From NCBI GenBank assembly GCA_913043225.1, contig CAJWLU010000002.1:192001-256000 (forward strand): a stretch of 64,000 nucleotides of DNA, written 5' to 3'. The notes beneath the pieces are model-generated. The model did not search any database. It saw only the letters and a list, made by a program, of their open reading frames with translations, and was not told the origin of the DNA. The DNA is from an uncultured Acidobacteriota bacterium. GTDB lineage: Bacteria; Acidobacteriota; Vicinamibacteria; Vicinamibacterales; UBA8438. The translations under genes were made by a program, and so were the position numbers. Within the stretch, counting starts at the first letter, position 1. Each line of letters starts with the position of its first letter. Shown here piece after piece: positions 36,796-45,669 of the stretch.

Positions 36796-38045
36796 CTCGC
36801 CACCGGGGCCGGACGCGGGCCGCCCTGCGCCAGGTAGCTGTTCATCGCCTCGAACAGCGGTTGCAGGTCCTTGTAGACGTTTCCGACCAGAGCATCGACA
36901 AGTTGCGGCTGCAGATCTGGGTGCTCGCTAACAAACTCGCCGAAGTTGAAGGTCCGGTCGTAGAACGCCATGACCAAGTGCCGGAAGCTGTCCAGGCCGT
37001 GCCGCACGTCCCGTGTGTAGCTCTCGAATGCGGCGGCAGACACATCACCCTGATCGAGCGCCGTATGGATGGCGTCGGCCGCAAGTTCGCCCCCTTTGAG
37101 CGCGAGAAAGACACCGGATGAAAAGACGGGATCCAGGAACGAGAAGGCGTCACCGACCAGCACGAAGCCGTCGCCGGCCGCCTGGGTGGCCCGATAGCTA
37201 AACTCTCCGGTGACCCGCATCGGTCCCAGATAGGTGCCAGGCGTGATGTGGTCCTTGATCCAGGAGCATCCATTGGCCTCGCGGCAGAAGATCTCTTCAG
37301 GGTCGCGGCTGTTGCGATAGAGATATTCGTGATCCGCGACCAGGCCGACGCTTACGGTATCGTCCGCCAACGGGATGTACCAGAACCACCCTTTGTCGGC
37401 GATGTAGGCCACCGTCGTAGCGCCTTCGTCCAGTCCGGGGTCCCGTTTGGCGCCCTTGAAGTAGGTGAAGATTGCCAGCTTCTTGAGGTCAGGGTCTCGT
37501 CGTTTCCACCCCAGGCGGCTCGCTAGTAGGGTGTCGCGTCCGGTGGCGTCGACGACCACCTTTGATGACAGCTCCTCGGTTGTGTTGCCCGACTGCGCCG
37601 TGACGCCGACGACCTGGTTGCCGTCTCGAATGATGTCTTGCACCCGAACGCCCTCGCGCACCTCAACGCCGTGCGACGCGGCGTTCTCCAGCATCATCCG
37701 GTCGAAGTCGCTGCGCAGGATCTGCCAGGTGCTCGCGCATTCGTGCTCGATTGTTTGGAAGAAGTAGAACGGCTGACTGACCTTGCCCGAGGTCGACACG
37801 AACTGGACACTGTGTTTGAGCGGGCTCCCCGAGGTCTTCAGCCAGTCGAGTACCCCGAGGCGCTCGAAGCTGAACCAGGTGTAGGGCATCAGCGATTCAC
37901 CGATGTGATGCCTGGGGAACTGTTCCCGCTCGAGCAGGAGCACCCTGCGCCCGTGCTGCGCCAGCACTGTCGCCGTGGCCGCCCCGGCCGGTCCTCCGCC
38001 AGCCACGACCGCATCCCAGGTTCCGTTCGTGCTCATGCCGCTCAC
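36792..38045 (-). CDS. Flavin-dependent halogenase-like oxidoreductase
   Basis: GGGPAG, RHHIGES, Lys77 at the usual catalytic position, WFWYIP, GDAFSFLDPVFSSGV. Confidence 0.75.
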   Translation of the reverse strand: MSGMSTNGTWDAVVAGGGPAGAATATVLAQHGRRVLLLEREQFPRHHIGESLMPYTWFSFERLGVLDWLKTSGSPLKHSVQFVSTSGKVSQPFYFFQTIEHECASTWQILRSDFDRMMLENAASHGVEVREGVRVQDIIRDGNQVVGVTAQSGNTTEELSSKVVVDATGRDTLLASRLGWKRRDPDLKKLAIFTYFKGAKRDPGLDEGATTVAYIADKGWFWYIPLADDTVSVGLVADHEYLYRNSRDPEEIFCREANGCSWIKDHITPGTYLGPMRVTGEFSYRATQAAGDGFVLVGDAFSFLDPVFSSGVFLALKGGELAADAIHTALDQGDVSAAAFESYTRDVRHGLDSFRHLVMAFYDRTFNFGEFVSEHPDLQPQLVDALVGNVYKDLQPLFEAMNSYLAQGGPRPAPVAS

Positions 38046-38046
38046 C

Positions 38047-38628
38047 TCACACGAGTGGCAACACCTCGACGATGTCGCCGACTTTCCGACCCCCGCTCGC
38101 CATCTCCGTGCGGCGCCCGTAGAGCGTCCGTGACTCGCGCATCCAGAACACTCCCATCATCTCCGGGTTCGGTTCAAGAGCGAGGAACGCCTTCGCATGG
38201 CTGTCGTAGTTGAATCGCCTCTCGCGGAGCAGCCGCCCGAGAGGCACCTCGTTGCGCAGAATCTGCTGGGTCAGTTTCGTGCCGAACGCGTCCAGCTTGA
38301 TCCGGATTGCGCCCATCTCTACCGGTCGCCCCGTGTACTCCTGCACCAGTAGCACCCGCCTGAAATACCACCCGCCAAGCGTGAACGTGCCGAGTGCGCG
38401 GAGCACGACCCGTCCCCCGTAGTGGTGCTCCAGCCGGCTGGTCATATCCTCTCCATGGACCAGCAACGAATGATACGGGGCCGGGATTTGCTCCGGCGTG
38501 ACGATCTTCCAAATCGGCATTTCGATACCGGCGCGACCATAGACCTTGTCCAGCGGATACAGTGTGCCGCTGACTGATGACCGTTTCTTCGGCATGGTGT
38601 GGAGCCGTCGGACCGAAGAACTCGTCAT
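38047..38628 (-). CDS. Chorismate pyruvate-lyase (UbiC)-like protein
   Basis: HGEDMTSRLE, RRVLL, VPLGRLL, LYGRR parallel the UbiC motifs. Confidence 0.6.
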   Translation of the reverse strand: MTSSSVRRLHTMPKKRSSVSGTLYPLDKVYGRAGIEMPIWKIVTPEQIPAPYHSLLVHGEDMTSRLEHHYGGRVVLRALGTFTLGGWYFRRVLLVQEYTGRPVEMGAIRIKLDAFGTKLTQQILRNEVPLGRLLRERRFNYDSHAKAFLALEPNPEMMGVFWMRESRTLYGRRTEMASGGRKVGDIVEVLPLV

Positions 38629-38635
38629 TGCGGTC

Positions 38636-38662
38636 CTCCTGTCTCCTGTCTCCTGTCTCCTG
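38636..38662 (-). repeat. Tandem heptamer repeat (ACAGGAG) about 4 copies
   Basis: Plus strand CTCCTGT x3 + CTCCTG, between the radical SAM stop and the UbiC-like start. Confidence 0.85.
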
Positions 38663-38667
38663 GCGAG

Positions 38668-39999
38668 CTAGGTGTACCTAATCTTCGTGTGCTCTGGCAG
38701 GAAGAAGCGTGGCAGCAGACTGTCGACTCGGAGCAATCCGGCTCTCGTTAGTGCGACCTGTTCGCCGTCGGCTGCTAGCAAATAGCCGTCTCTACGCAGC
38801 GACGTGAGCGGCTCGCCGAAGCGTTCGATCACGTCGACGCCGTACTTCTGTCTGAAGGAGCCTGGCTGGATCGAGCCGAGCTTGAGCTGGAGCACAAACT
38901 CCCGGATTAAACGCTCTTCGTCGGTCGGTCTGAACGCCCGGTTGAGCGGTAGCTTCCCGCCCTGGACGGCTGCGGCATAGGGTCCCCACGTGTCGAGGTT
39001 CTGCATATGCACGCCGTTGACGTGCCCAAACGACGCTACCCCGAGCGCCGCGAGATCAGCCCCACGCCACAGTTGGTCTCGATAGACGAACCTGGTCCGA
39101 TCCGGTTGCTTGACTGCGGTGTAAGCGCTCCCGACGGTGTAGCCTGCTGCTTCGAGCGCGGCGAACGCCTCATCCACCCAGCGCCGCTTGGTATCCCAGT
39201 CGGCTACCCGTTCGGCGAACTGCCCGGTGCCCTGCAGCAGGTCGCTGCTGATTGTCGTGTTGTAGGGCAGCTCCATCTGATAGATGGTCACGCTGTCCGG
39301 GCTCATGTCGATGGTGCGCGCGACGGCGTTGCGCCACCGTTCGTCGGTGTCGCCCAGCATCCCGGCGATGAGGTCGATGTTGATCTGCGGAAAGTCGAGC
39401 GACTGCGCGAACCCGTAGGCACGAAAGATTTCGGCCGACCGGTGGGCACGTCCGTTCAGTTCGAGGACCTCGTCGTCGAAGTGTTCGAGGCCCAGGCTGA
39501 GCCGGGTGATGCCCATGTCGCGAATCTGGGCCAGCTTCGGTTCGGTCAGTGTTCCCGGCTCGCACTCGAACGTGATCTCCTCGGCGCTCGTCCATGGCGT
39601 CACGGCGGTGAGCCGGTCCACCAGGCTCTGCAGTTGCTTGACGGAGAGAAACGACGGGGTGCCGCCCCCGAAGTACACGAAGTTCAACGGGCGGCCGGCG
39701 ATGGCCGGTTGAGTGGCATAGAGCTCCCATTCGCGTGCCACCACATCGAGATACTCCGCGACCTCGCTGGCGTTCTTGTCGGTGTACACCCGGTAGTAGC
39801 AGAAGTGGCACCGTTTTCGGCAGAACGGAATATGGAGATAGAGGCCGAGCGGGACCTCGGCTGGAGGCTGGTTCAGGGCCGGCCGCGCCTCGGACTCCAC
39901 TGCCTCGTGTGTCCAGAGTGAGAAAGGTGGGTAGTTGGCGACGAAGTAGCTGCCGACTTCGGTGGAATCTGCCGGGCGGGTCGGTGAGGTGTCGCTCAT
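38668..39999 (-). CDS. HemN-like radical SAM enzyme
   Basis: LYLHIPFCRKRCHFC, YFGGGTPS, INIDLIAG. Confidence 0.9.
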   Translation of the reverse strand: MSDTSPTRPADSTEVGSYFVANYPPFSLWTHEAVESEARPALNQPPAEVPLGLYLHIPFCRKRCHFCYYRVYTDKNASEVAEYLDVVAREWELYATQPAIAGRPLNFVYFGGGTPSFLSVKQLQSLVDRLTAVTPWTSAEEITFECEPGTLTEPKLAQIRDMGITRLSLGLEHFDDEVLELNGRAHRSAEIFRAYGFAQSLDFPQINIDLIAGMLGDTDERWRNAVARTIDMSPDSVTIYQMELPYNTTISSDLLQGTGQFAERVADWDTKRRWVDEAFAALEAAGYTVGSAYTAVKQPDRTRFVYRDQLWRGADLAALGVASFGHVNGVHMQNLDTWGPYAAAVQGGKLPLNRAFRPTDEERLIREFVLQLKLGSIQPGSFRQKYGVDVIERFGEPLTSLRRDGYLLAADGEQVALTRAGLLRVDSLLPRFFLPEHTKIRYT

Positions 40000-40051
40000 G
40001 CTCGAAATATACCTGTGTGCCGACGATGGGGTCAGATCGGCCCGTCCGAGA

Positions 40052-41185
40052 CTAGCCGAAGCAATACAGCACGCCGTCGCCGGACCCGATTACCAACTTG
40101 CCCTCGGCGATCGCCGGCGACGCTACTAGCGGGGCGGCGGTATCGAACTCCCACAGTTTCTCTCCGCTCTCGAGATCTAGGACATAGAGACGTCCGTCGC
40201 TCGAGCCGGCATAGACGCGGTCGCCGCTGGCCGCTGGAGACGAGTCCACTCTGGCGCGGGTCGTGAACGTCCACTTCGCTTCGCCAGTCGCCTCGTCGAT
40301 GGCGTGGACCATCTTGTCCCGCCCACCGACGACGATGGTCCCGTCGATGGCTAGGGCCGAGGAGTAGTAAGGGAAGTGGCGACGCGGATGTTCGTATCGC
40401 CACAGCAGTTCGTGGGTTTTGAGATCGAGACCAATTACTTCGTTGTCGTAGGTGCCGAAGAAGACCTTGCCGTCGCTGATGACCGGTGACGCGATAGTAT
40501 AGGCGCCCGCCGAGACTGCCACCACCTCCTCACCATCGCTGACCCGCACGCCGTGGAAGATCTCGTCGCATCCCCCGAAGTAGGCGATACCGTCGTGCAC
40601 GGCGGGTGTGGCGTGCACGTAGTTCGCAGTCTCGTACTGCCAGGTCATCGAGCCGTCTTCTATGGCAAGCGAGTAGAGGAACCCGTCGTAGGAGCCGATC
40701 ATGACGTGGTCGCCCACGATGACCGGTGACGACTTGATTTCGCCGAGCGTCTCGTAGGTCCAGCGCGCCTCGCCGGTCTGGACGTCGATGGCGTGGAACA
40801 CCCCTCCCAGGTCGCCGATGAACACCAAGCCGTCAGCCACCGCTGGCGATGATTCACCGATGCCCATGTCGCCGGTGGAATAGGTCCACTTCTCCTCTCC
40901 CGACTCGAGGTCAAGCGCCACTACTGTGCCCGCCCAGGTGCCAAAGTAGACGGTGCCGTCGACGATGGCCGCTGACGAATCGATGGCTTCGTCAGCCTCA
41001 TACGTCCACTGCAGCGTGAGCTCGGCCGGCAGCGTGGAGCCGGAGACACCGGTGAGAGAGGTATTGCCCCGGAACTGTGGCCAGGCGTCTGGGGAAGTGG
41101 TGGTGGGCCCCTGGGCTCCCAGAGGGCTGACGAGCCCGAGCGCCCCGAGGGTAAGTGCTGCGAAGGCCGTAACTAGAACGCGCAT
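40052..41185 (-). CDS. Secreted PQQ-like repeat beta-propeller protein
   Basis: Signal peptide; WPQFRG; repeated SSPA...G.V.....G.L.A.D..TGE..W units. Confidence 0.88.
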   Translation of the reverse strand: MRVLVTAFAALTLGALGLVSPLGAQGPTTTSPDAWPQFRGNTSLTGVSGSTLPAELTLQWTYEADEAIDSSAAIVDGTVYFGTWAGTVVALDLESGEEKWTYSTGDMGIGESSPAVADGLVFIGDLGGVFHAIDVQTGEARWTYETLGEIKSSPVIVGDHVMIGSYDGFLYSLAIEDGSMTWQYETANYVHATPAVHDGIAYFGGCDEIFHGVRVSDGEEVVAVSAGAYTIASPVISDGKVFFGTYDNEVIGLDLKTHELLWRYEHPRRHFPYYSSALAIDGTIVVGGRDKMVHAIDEATGEAKWTFTTRARVDSSPAASGDRVYAGSSDGRLYVLDLESGEKLWEFDTAAPLVASPAIAEGKLVIGSGDGVLYCFG

Positions 41186-42363
41186 CGGTATACCTCCAAA
41201 GCGTGCGCTGCGGTGAGCGGCCGCGGATTGAACGTGCCGGTCCACTGCTGGGCGGCATCCTCGGCCAGGACTGGGAGCGCGTTTTGCTCCACCCCTTCCG
41301 GTCCGAGGCGGGCTGGCAGTCCGCCGAGCGTGGCCAGCGTGCGCAGTCGCTCAGCGAGCCGTGCGCTGGCCTGTTCACTGTTGGCGGCGTCCACGAGACG
41401 CGCATACAGTGCTCCCGCGGTCTCGCCGTTCCAGCGAACCACATGTGGAAGCAGAATACCTAACGCGACGCCGTGGGTCATCCCGTAGCGGGCGGTCAGG
41501 GGGTTGGCCAGGGCGTGGGCGGCGCCCAGCATCGACTGCTCGATGGCCCAGCCGGCGTGGAATGCCCCCAGTTGCATGGCGGCGCGGGCCTCTATGTCGT
41601 CGGGCGTTGTCAGCACTCGCTCATAGGCGCCTTCGAGCAGTCGCCAAGCCTCGCGTGCCAGCGCCTCTGAGAGCACAGTGCCTCGCGTAGTCACCGCGGT
41701 CTCGACTGCGTGGGCGATTGCGTCGAATCCTGACGTCGCAGTCACCCTGGCAGGTTGCGACAGGGTCAATGACGGATCCAGTAGTGCGACGCGGAAAGCG
41801 GCCTTAGGGTCGCCGCAGGCCATCTTGAGGTGCGTGGTCGCGTCGGCGATGACGGCGTAGCTCTGTGCCTCGCTGCCTGTTCCGGCCGTGGTTGGTACCC
41901 CGATCATCGGCAGCATTGGTCGGTTCGCCTTACCGTAGCCCCGGTAGTCGGACATCGCGCCGCCGTTGCTGAGTAGGAAGTTGATCCCCTTGGCACAGTC
42001 CATGGAACTGCCGCCACCAAGCCCCACGATCCCATCAATCCCCAGGGGGTGGGCCAGCGCGCACCCTGCCTCGACCATCGCGGTGTCGGGATTGACGTCG
42101 AACTCGTGGAACCGGTTCACCGTGAGTCCCGCATCACTGAGCAGCCGCTCGGCGACCGCCACGTGACCCGCGTCGACCAGTCCCTGGTCGGCGACCAGGA
42201 GCGGCCGCTGGAATCCCAATTCTGCCGCGACTGTACCGAGGCGCTCCATCACGCCTGCCCCGAACAGCAGTCGCGTTCGCGGTTCGAATTCGAAGGCCGT
42301 CGAGACTGGCCGTGGGCTATCGGTCAGCGCGTCTGACGCCAGGGGGTCGCTGGTAGCGGCCAT
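41173..42363 (-). CDS. Iron-containing alcohol dehydrogenase
   Basis: [37 protein letters not shown]. Confidence 0.9.
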   Translation of the reverse strand: MAATSDPLASDALTDSPRPVSTAFEFEPRTRLLFGAGVMERLGTVAAELGFQRPLLVADQGLVDAGHVAVAERLLSDAGLTVNRFHEFDVNPDTAMVEAGCALAHPLGIDGIVGLGGGSSMDCAKGINFLLSNGGAMSDYRGYGKANRPMLPMIGVPTTAGTGSEAQSYAVIADATTHLKMACGDPKAAFRVALLDPSLTLSQPARVTATSGFDAIAHAVETAVTTRGTVLSEALAREAWRLLEGAYERVLTTPDDIEARAAMQLGAFHAGWAIEQSMLGAAHALANPLTARYGMTHGVALGILLPHVVRWNGETAGALYARLVDAANSEQASARLAERLRTLATLGGLPARLGPEGVEQNALPVLAEDAAQQWTGTFNPRPLTAAHALEVYRCAF

Positions 42364-42379
42364 GAGGTGGGGTGTGGGG

Positions 42380-45300
42380 TCAGAACAGCAGCTTGATTCC
42401 AAGCTGCAGTCGGCGTGCCGGCTGAGCCGAGAGAATCTGGCCGAAGGTTGGCGAACCGAGGAAGGCATCGGGCAGGTTGAAATTGGTGCGGTTGAACAGG
42501 TTGAACGCTTCGAGTCGAAGCTGCAGGTCGGTCGATTCGCTCAGGCCGACCCGCTTGAGCAACGCCAGGTTGACGTTGGCGAAGCCGGGGCCATCGAAGC
42601 CGTTGCGCGGACTGTCCCCAAAGGTGCCGAAGGCTGGAAATGCGAACGCGTCGGTGTTGAACCACCCGTCGGGGCTAGGGTTCTCTGCCGCGGCGCTGTC
42701 CACCAGATTCGGGCGGTCGTTGGCGCCAAAGCCGAGAGCCGCGCGTCCGGTGTTGCTGTTGTCGATCTCGGGGAGCAGCGCCACCGTGAAGGGGCTGCCA
42801 CTTTGCGTCGAGATCACCCCCGCCAACTGCCAGTCGCCGAAGACGCTCGCTAGCCCGCCCGTGTCCCCCTGGTTCCGTCCGTAGGGTAGCTCGTAGGCGA
42901 AGCTCACAGATAGGCGGTGGCGGACGTCGAAGTTGGACCGGCTGAACTCGGCGTCCGGATTGTTGCTGTCCTGAGGGAAGTTCGGGTCTCCGGCGCTCGA
43001 GAAGAAATCGGATCCGTCGTCCTCGGACTTGCCGAGCGTGTAGGCGGCCAGTAGGGACAGGCCACTGCGATAGCGCTGTTCACCGGTGATCTGCACTGCG
43101 TGATAGCGTGACCGGCCCCGTGACTCGAGTGACACGATATCTGCAAAGAGCGGGTTGGGACGTAGATTCAGAGGGTTCGGGCTGGCGTCAGCCTGATTGA
43201 TGTCGCGCCCGCGGAGCAGATTGTTCCCGCGCGAGCCGACGTAGGCCATCTCGATCGAGCGCCCTGGTCCGATCTCCTGCTGGACGGTCGCGTTCCAGTG
43301 TTGCAGGTACGGCGTCTCGAGGTCGCGCTGAATCGTTAGCGCCGACGGCGGCAGCGCGAATGGGAAGAAGCTCGGGAACGGATCGAATAACGTGAGCGGG
43401 AGCCCAGGTAGCGGGAAGAACAGGTTGAAGTCAAAAAACGGTGGGTTGAAGTAGAGCCCCTCACCCGGTGCCAGGGCCGCCTGATCGTAGTAGACCCCCC
43501 AGCCGCCGCGGATGATTGTCCGGCCACCGTTGAGGGCCAGCGCGGCGCCCAGCCGCGGCGCCAGGTTGTTACGGTCGGGGTCGTAGCCGGCGCGTGGGAT
43601 GCCGCCGGTGCCCACCGCGACGAGTGAGCCGGTGGCCGGGTCGTAGACATTAGCCCGGTCGTCGGCGTCCACGGCGGGCGAGGCATAGTCGTAACGGAGG
43701 CCGGCCGAGACGGTCAGGTTCGACCCGATCTGGATGTCATCCTGGACGAACAGGTTGTAGCTCGAGGTGCGCAGCTGCTGCGGGTTGTCGAGGCGTGCGC
43801 CGCCGGTTACCAGAGGCAATCCCAGCAGCAGGTCAGCGAGCGCGTTACCGGTGAACGCCATCGGGAACGATGAAAAGGTCAGGAGCCCTCTCGACTGGAC
43901 GTCCCGGAAGGCGTCTTGCTGCGTGAACTGCAGGTCGGCGCCGAATTTGAACAGGTGCGCTCCGCGGGCGTAGGTCAAAGTGTCGAGGACCTGCACCGTG
44001 CCGGTGCTACTGTCCTGCGGATTGTTGTACTCGTCCCCCAGCGGCGAGTAGCCGGTGATCGTGATGAAGCTTAGGCCGTGGTCGCGGACGTTGTCCGAGA
44101 GCTCTGGGAGGCCAAGCGCCTGATTTAGGCTGTTCCCGCTATTTTCGTGGAAGGCGGCGCTCGAGACCCGGGTGTAGCTCACGCGCAGGTCGTTGACGAC
44201 AGACGATGACATGACCCCGGTGAAGCTGCCGAGCACGTTGTGGGCCCGTTGCGGCACGTTCGTGCCGAAGCCCGGTACTTGGCTGAAACCGGGACCCGAG
44301 AACGGCTCGTAAAAGTCACGGTCGGCCACGCTGTAGCGCAGCGTGAGGTTCGACGAAGGTCCGGCCCGGTGGTCGATGCGCGCGTCGAACTGGTCGTTGC
44401 GGTCGGTCAACAACGGCGAGGACACGTAGTTGGCAAATGGCGCGTCGCGGTTCGGGAGAGGATAGAGATTGGCAATCGCTTGCCCGATCGGATTGATGAA
44501 CGGCGCTGGCAGCTGACTGCCGGGGAACGGGAACGGCGTACCGGGCACGAGCGGGGCGGGAAACAGGCTGTCCGAGAAATCGCCCTGGCGCTCGGCTAGG
44601 GTGGGGACGTTGGTCACTCGCGTGATGCTCTCCCGCAGCCGCGTCCCTTCGTAGTCGACGAAGAAGAAGGTCCGATCTTCGATCAGCTTGCCACCGAGTG
44701 AGCCGCCGAACTGGTTCCGTCGGTAGTCTGGGTCCGGCTCGCCCTGGGGAGCATAAAAATTGGAGGCGTTGAGCGAGTCGTGCCGAAAGAACTCATAGAG
44801 GGTACCGTGGAACTGATTGGAGCCAGCCTTGGTGATGACGTTGATCTGCGCGCCGGCGTGTCGGCCGTAGGCGGCGTCGTAGCTGCCGGTCACGACCCGG
44901 AATTCCTCGATCGCGTCGACTGGGGGACGGACCGCCACCGTGTTGAGCTTGGGGTCGACGTTGTAGGCGCCGTCTAGGAGGTACGCGTTCGCCCCTTCCC
45001 GGGCGCCGTTGACGTTGAGCGTGAAGGCACCCCGCACCGAGCCAGCTGAGCCCTGTGCGGCCGTCGTGGTGCCCGGGACGAGCAATGACAGGTCCAGGAA
45101 GTTCCGGCCGTCGAGCGGCAGGCTGGTCACCTGTACGTTGTCGATGACGGTGCTCAGGCCGTGCGCCGCGAACGCCACGGTTGGTTCCCCCGTGACCACA
45201 ACCTCCTCGGAGACCGCGCCGACCTCCAGCGTCAGCTGGAGCTGAAGTTGTTGACCGACCTGCAGGGTCGTCTCGCGGATCAGTCTACGATGTCCGCTGG

Positions 45301-45544
45301 CAGCCGTCTCGACCCGGTAGCGGCCCGGTGCGAGCTGGGACACCGCGAAGCGACCCTGGTCATCGGTCGTCGCGGTACGGGCCAGCGCCGTGGCTTCGTC
45401 GACGACCGTGACGTCGGCGTTTTCTACCCTCGCTCCCGTGGCGTCGGACACCGTGCCGCGGATGACAGCAAGATGGGTCTGTGCCGTTGCGCCGACGCCC
45501 CCAAAAAAGACAAGAGCGGCACCGGCAAGGGTTCGTTCGAACAA
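42380..45544 (-). CDS. TonB-dependent receptor (Oar-like) with carboxypeptidase-regulatory-like N-domain
   Basis: GTVSDATGA, LPLDGRNF, RNQFGGSLGG, LRLEAFNLFN, terminal LGIKLLF. Confidence 0.9.
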   Translation of the reverse strand: MFERTLAGAALVFFGGVGATAQTHLAVIRGTVSDATGARVENADVTVVDEATALARTATTDDQGRFAVSQLAPGRYRVETAASGHRRLIRETTLQVGQQLQLQLTLEVGAVSEEVVVTGEPTVAFAAHGLSTVIDNVQVTSLPLDGRNFLDLSLLVPGTTTAAQGSAGSVRGAFTLNVNGAREGANAYLLDGAYNVDPKLNTVAVRPPVDAIEEFRVVTGSYDAAYGRHAGAQINVITKAGSNQFHGTLYEFFRHDSLNASNFYAPQGEPDPDYRRNQFGGSLGGKLIEDRTFFFVDYEGTRLRESITRVTNVPTLAERQGDFSDSLFPAPLVPGTPFPFPGSQLPAPFINPIGQAIANLYPLPNRDAPFANYVSSPLLTDRNDQFDARIDHRAGPSSNLTLRYSVADRDFYEPFSGPGFSQVPGFGTNVPQRAHNVLGSFTGVMSSSVVNDLRVSYTRVSSAAFHENSGNSLNQALGLPELSDNVRDHGLSFITITGYSPLGDEYNNPQDSSTGTVQVLDTLTYARGAHLFKFGADLQFTQQDAFRDVQSRGLLTFSSFPMAFTGNALADLLLGLPLVTGGARLDNPQQLRTSSYNLFVQDDIQIGSNLTVSAGLRYDYASPAVDADDRANVYDPATGSLVAVGTGGIPRAGYDPDRNNLAPRLGAALALNGGRTIIRGGWGVYYDQAALAPGEGLYFNPPFFDFNLFFPLPGLPLTLFDPFPSFFPFALPPSALTIQRDLETPYLQHWNATVQQEIGPGRSIEMAYVGSRGNNLLRGRDINQADASPNPLNLRPNPLFADIVSLESRGRSRYHAVQITGEQRYRSGLSLLAAYTLGKSEDDGSDFFSSAGDPNFPQDSNNPDAEFSRSNFDVRHRLSVSFAYELPYGRNQGDTGGLASVFGDWQLAGVISTQSGSPFTVALLPEIDNSNTGRAALGFGANDRPNLVDSAAAENPSPDGWFNTDAFAFPAFGTFGDSPRNGFDGPGFANVNLALLKRVGLSESTDLQLRLEAFNLFNRTNFNLPDAFLGSPTFGQILSAQPARRLQLGIKLLF

Positions 45545-45669
45545 CTGGGTCTCCTAGTGTCACTGAGGGGCATCTTCGAGTTTCAATGGTAACAGTGAAT
45601 CCAGGGACAGGGCTATTATGGCGGGAGCTGGCGGTGATGGACGTTCGTGGCTGATTCCCCAGGCCCGCT

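Noticed and set aside
38047..38628. Ubiquinone biosynthesis locus
   Set aside because: No UbiA prenyltransferase, UbiD/X or Ubi methyltransferases in the operon
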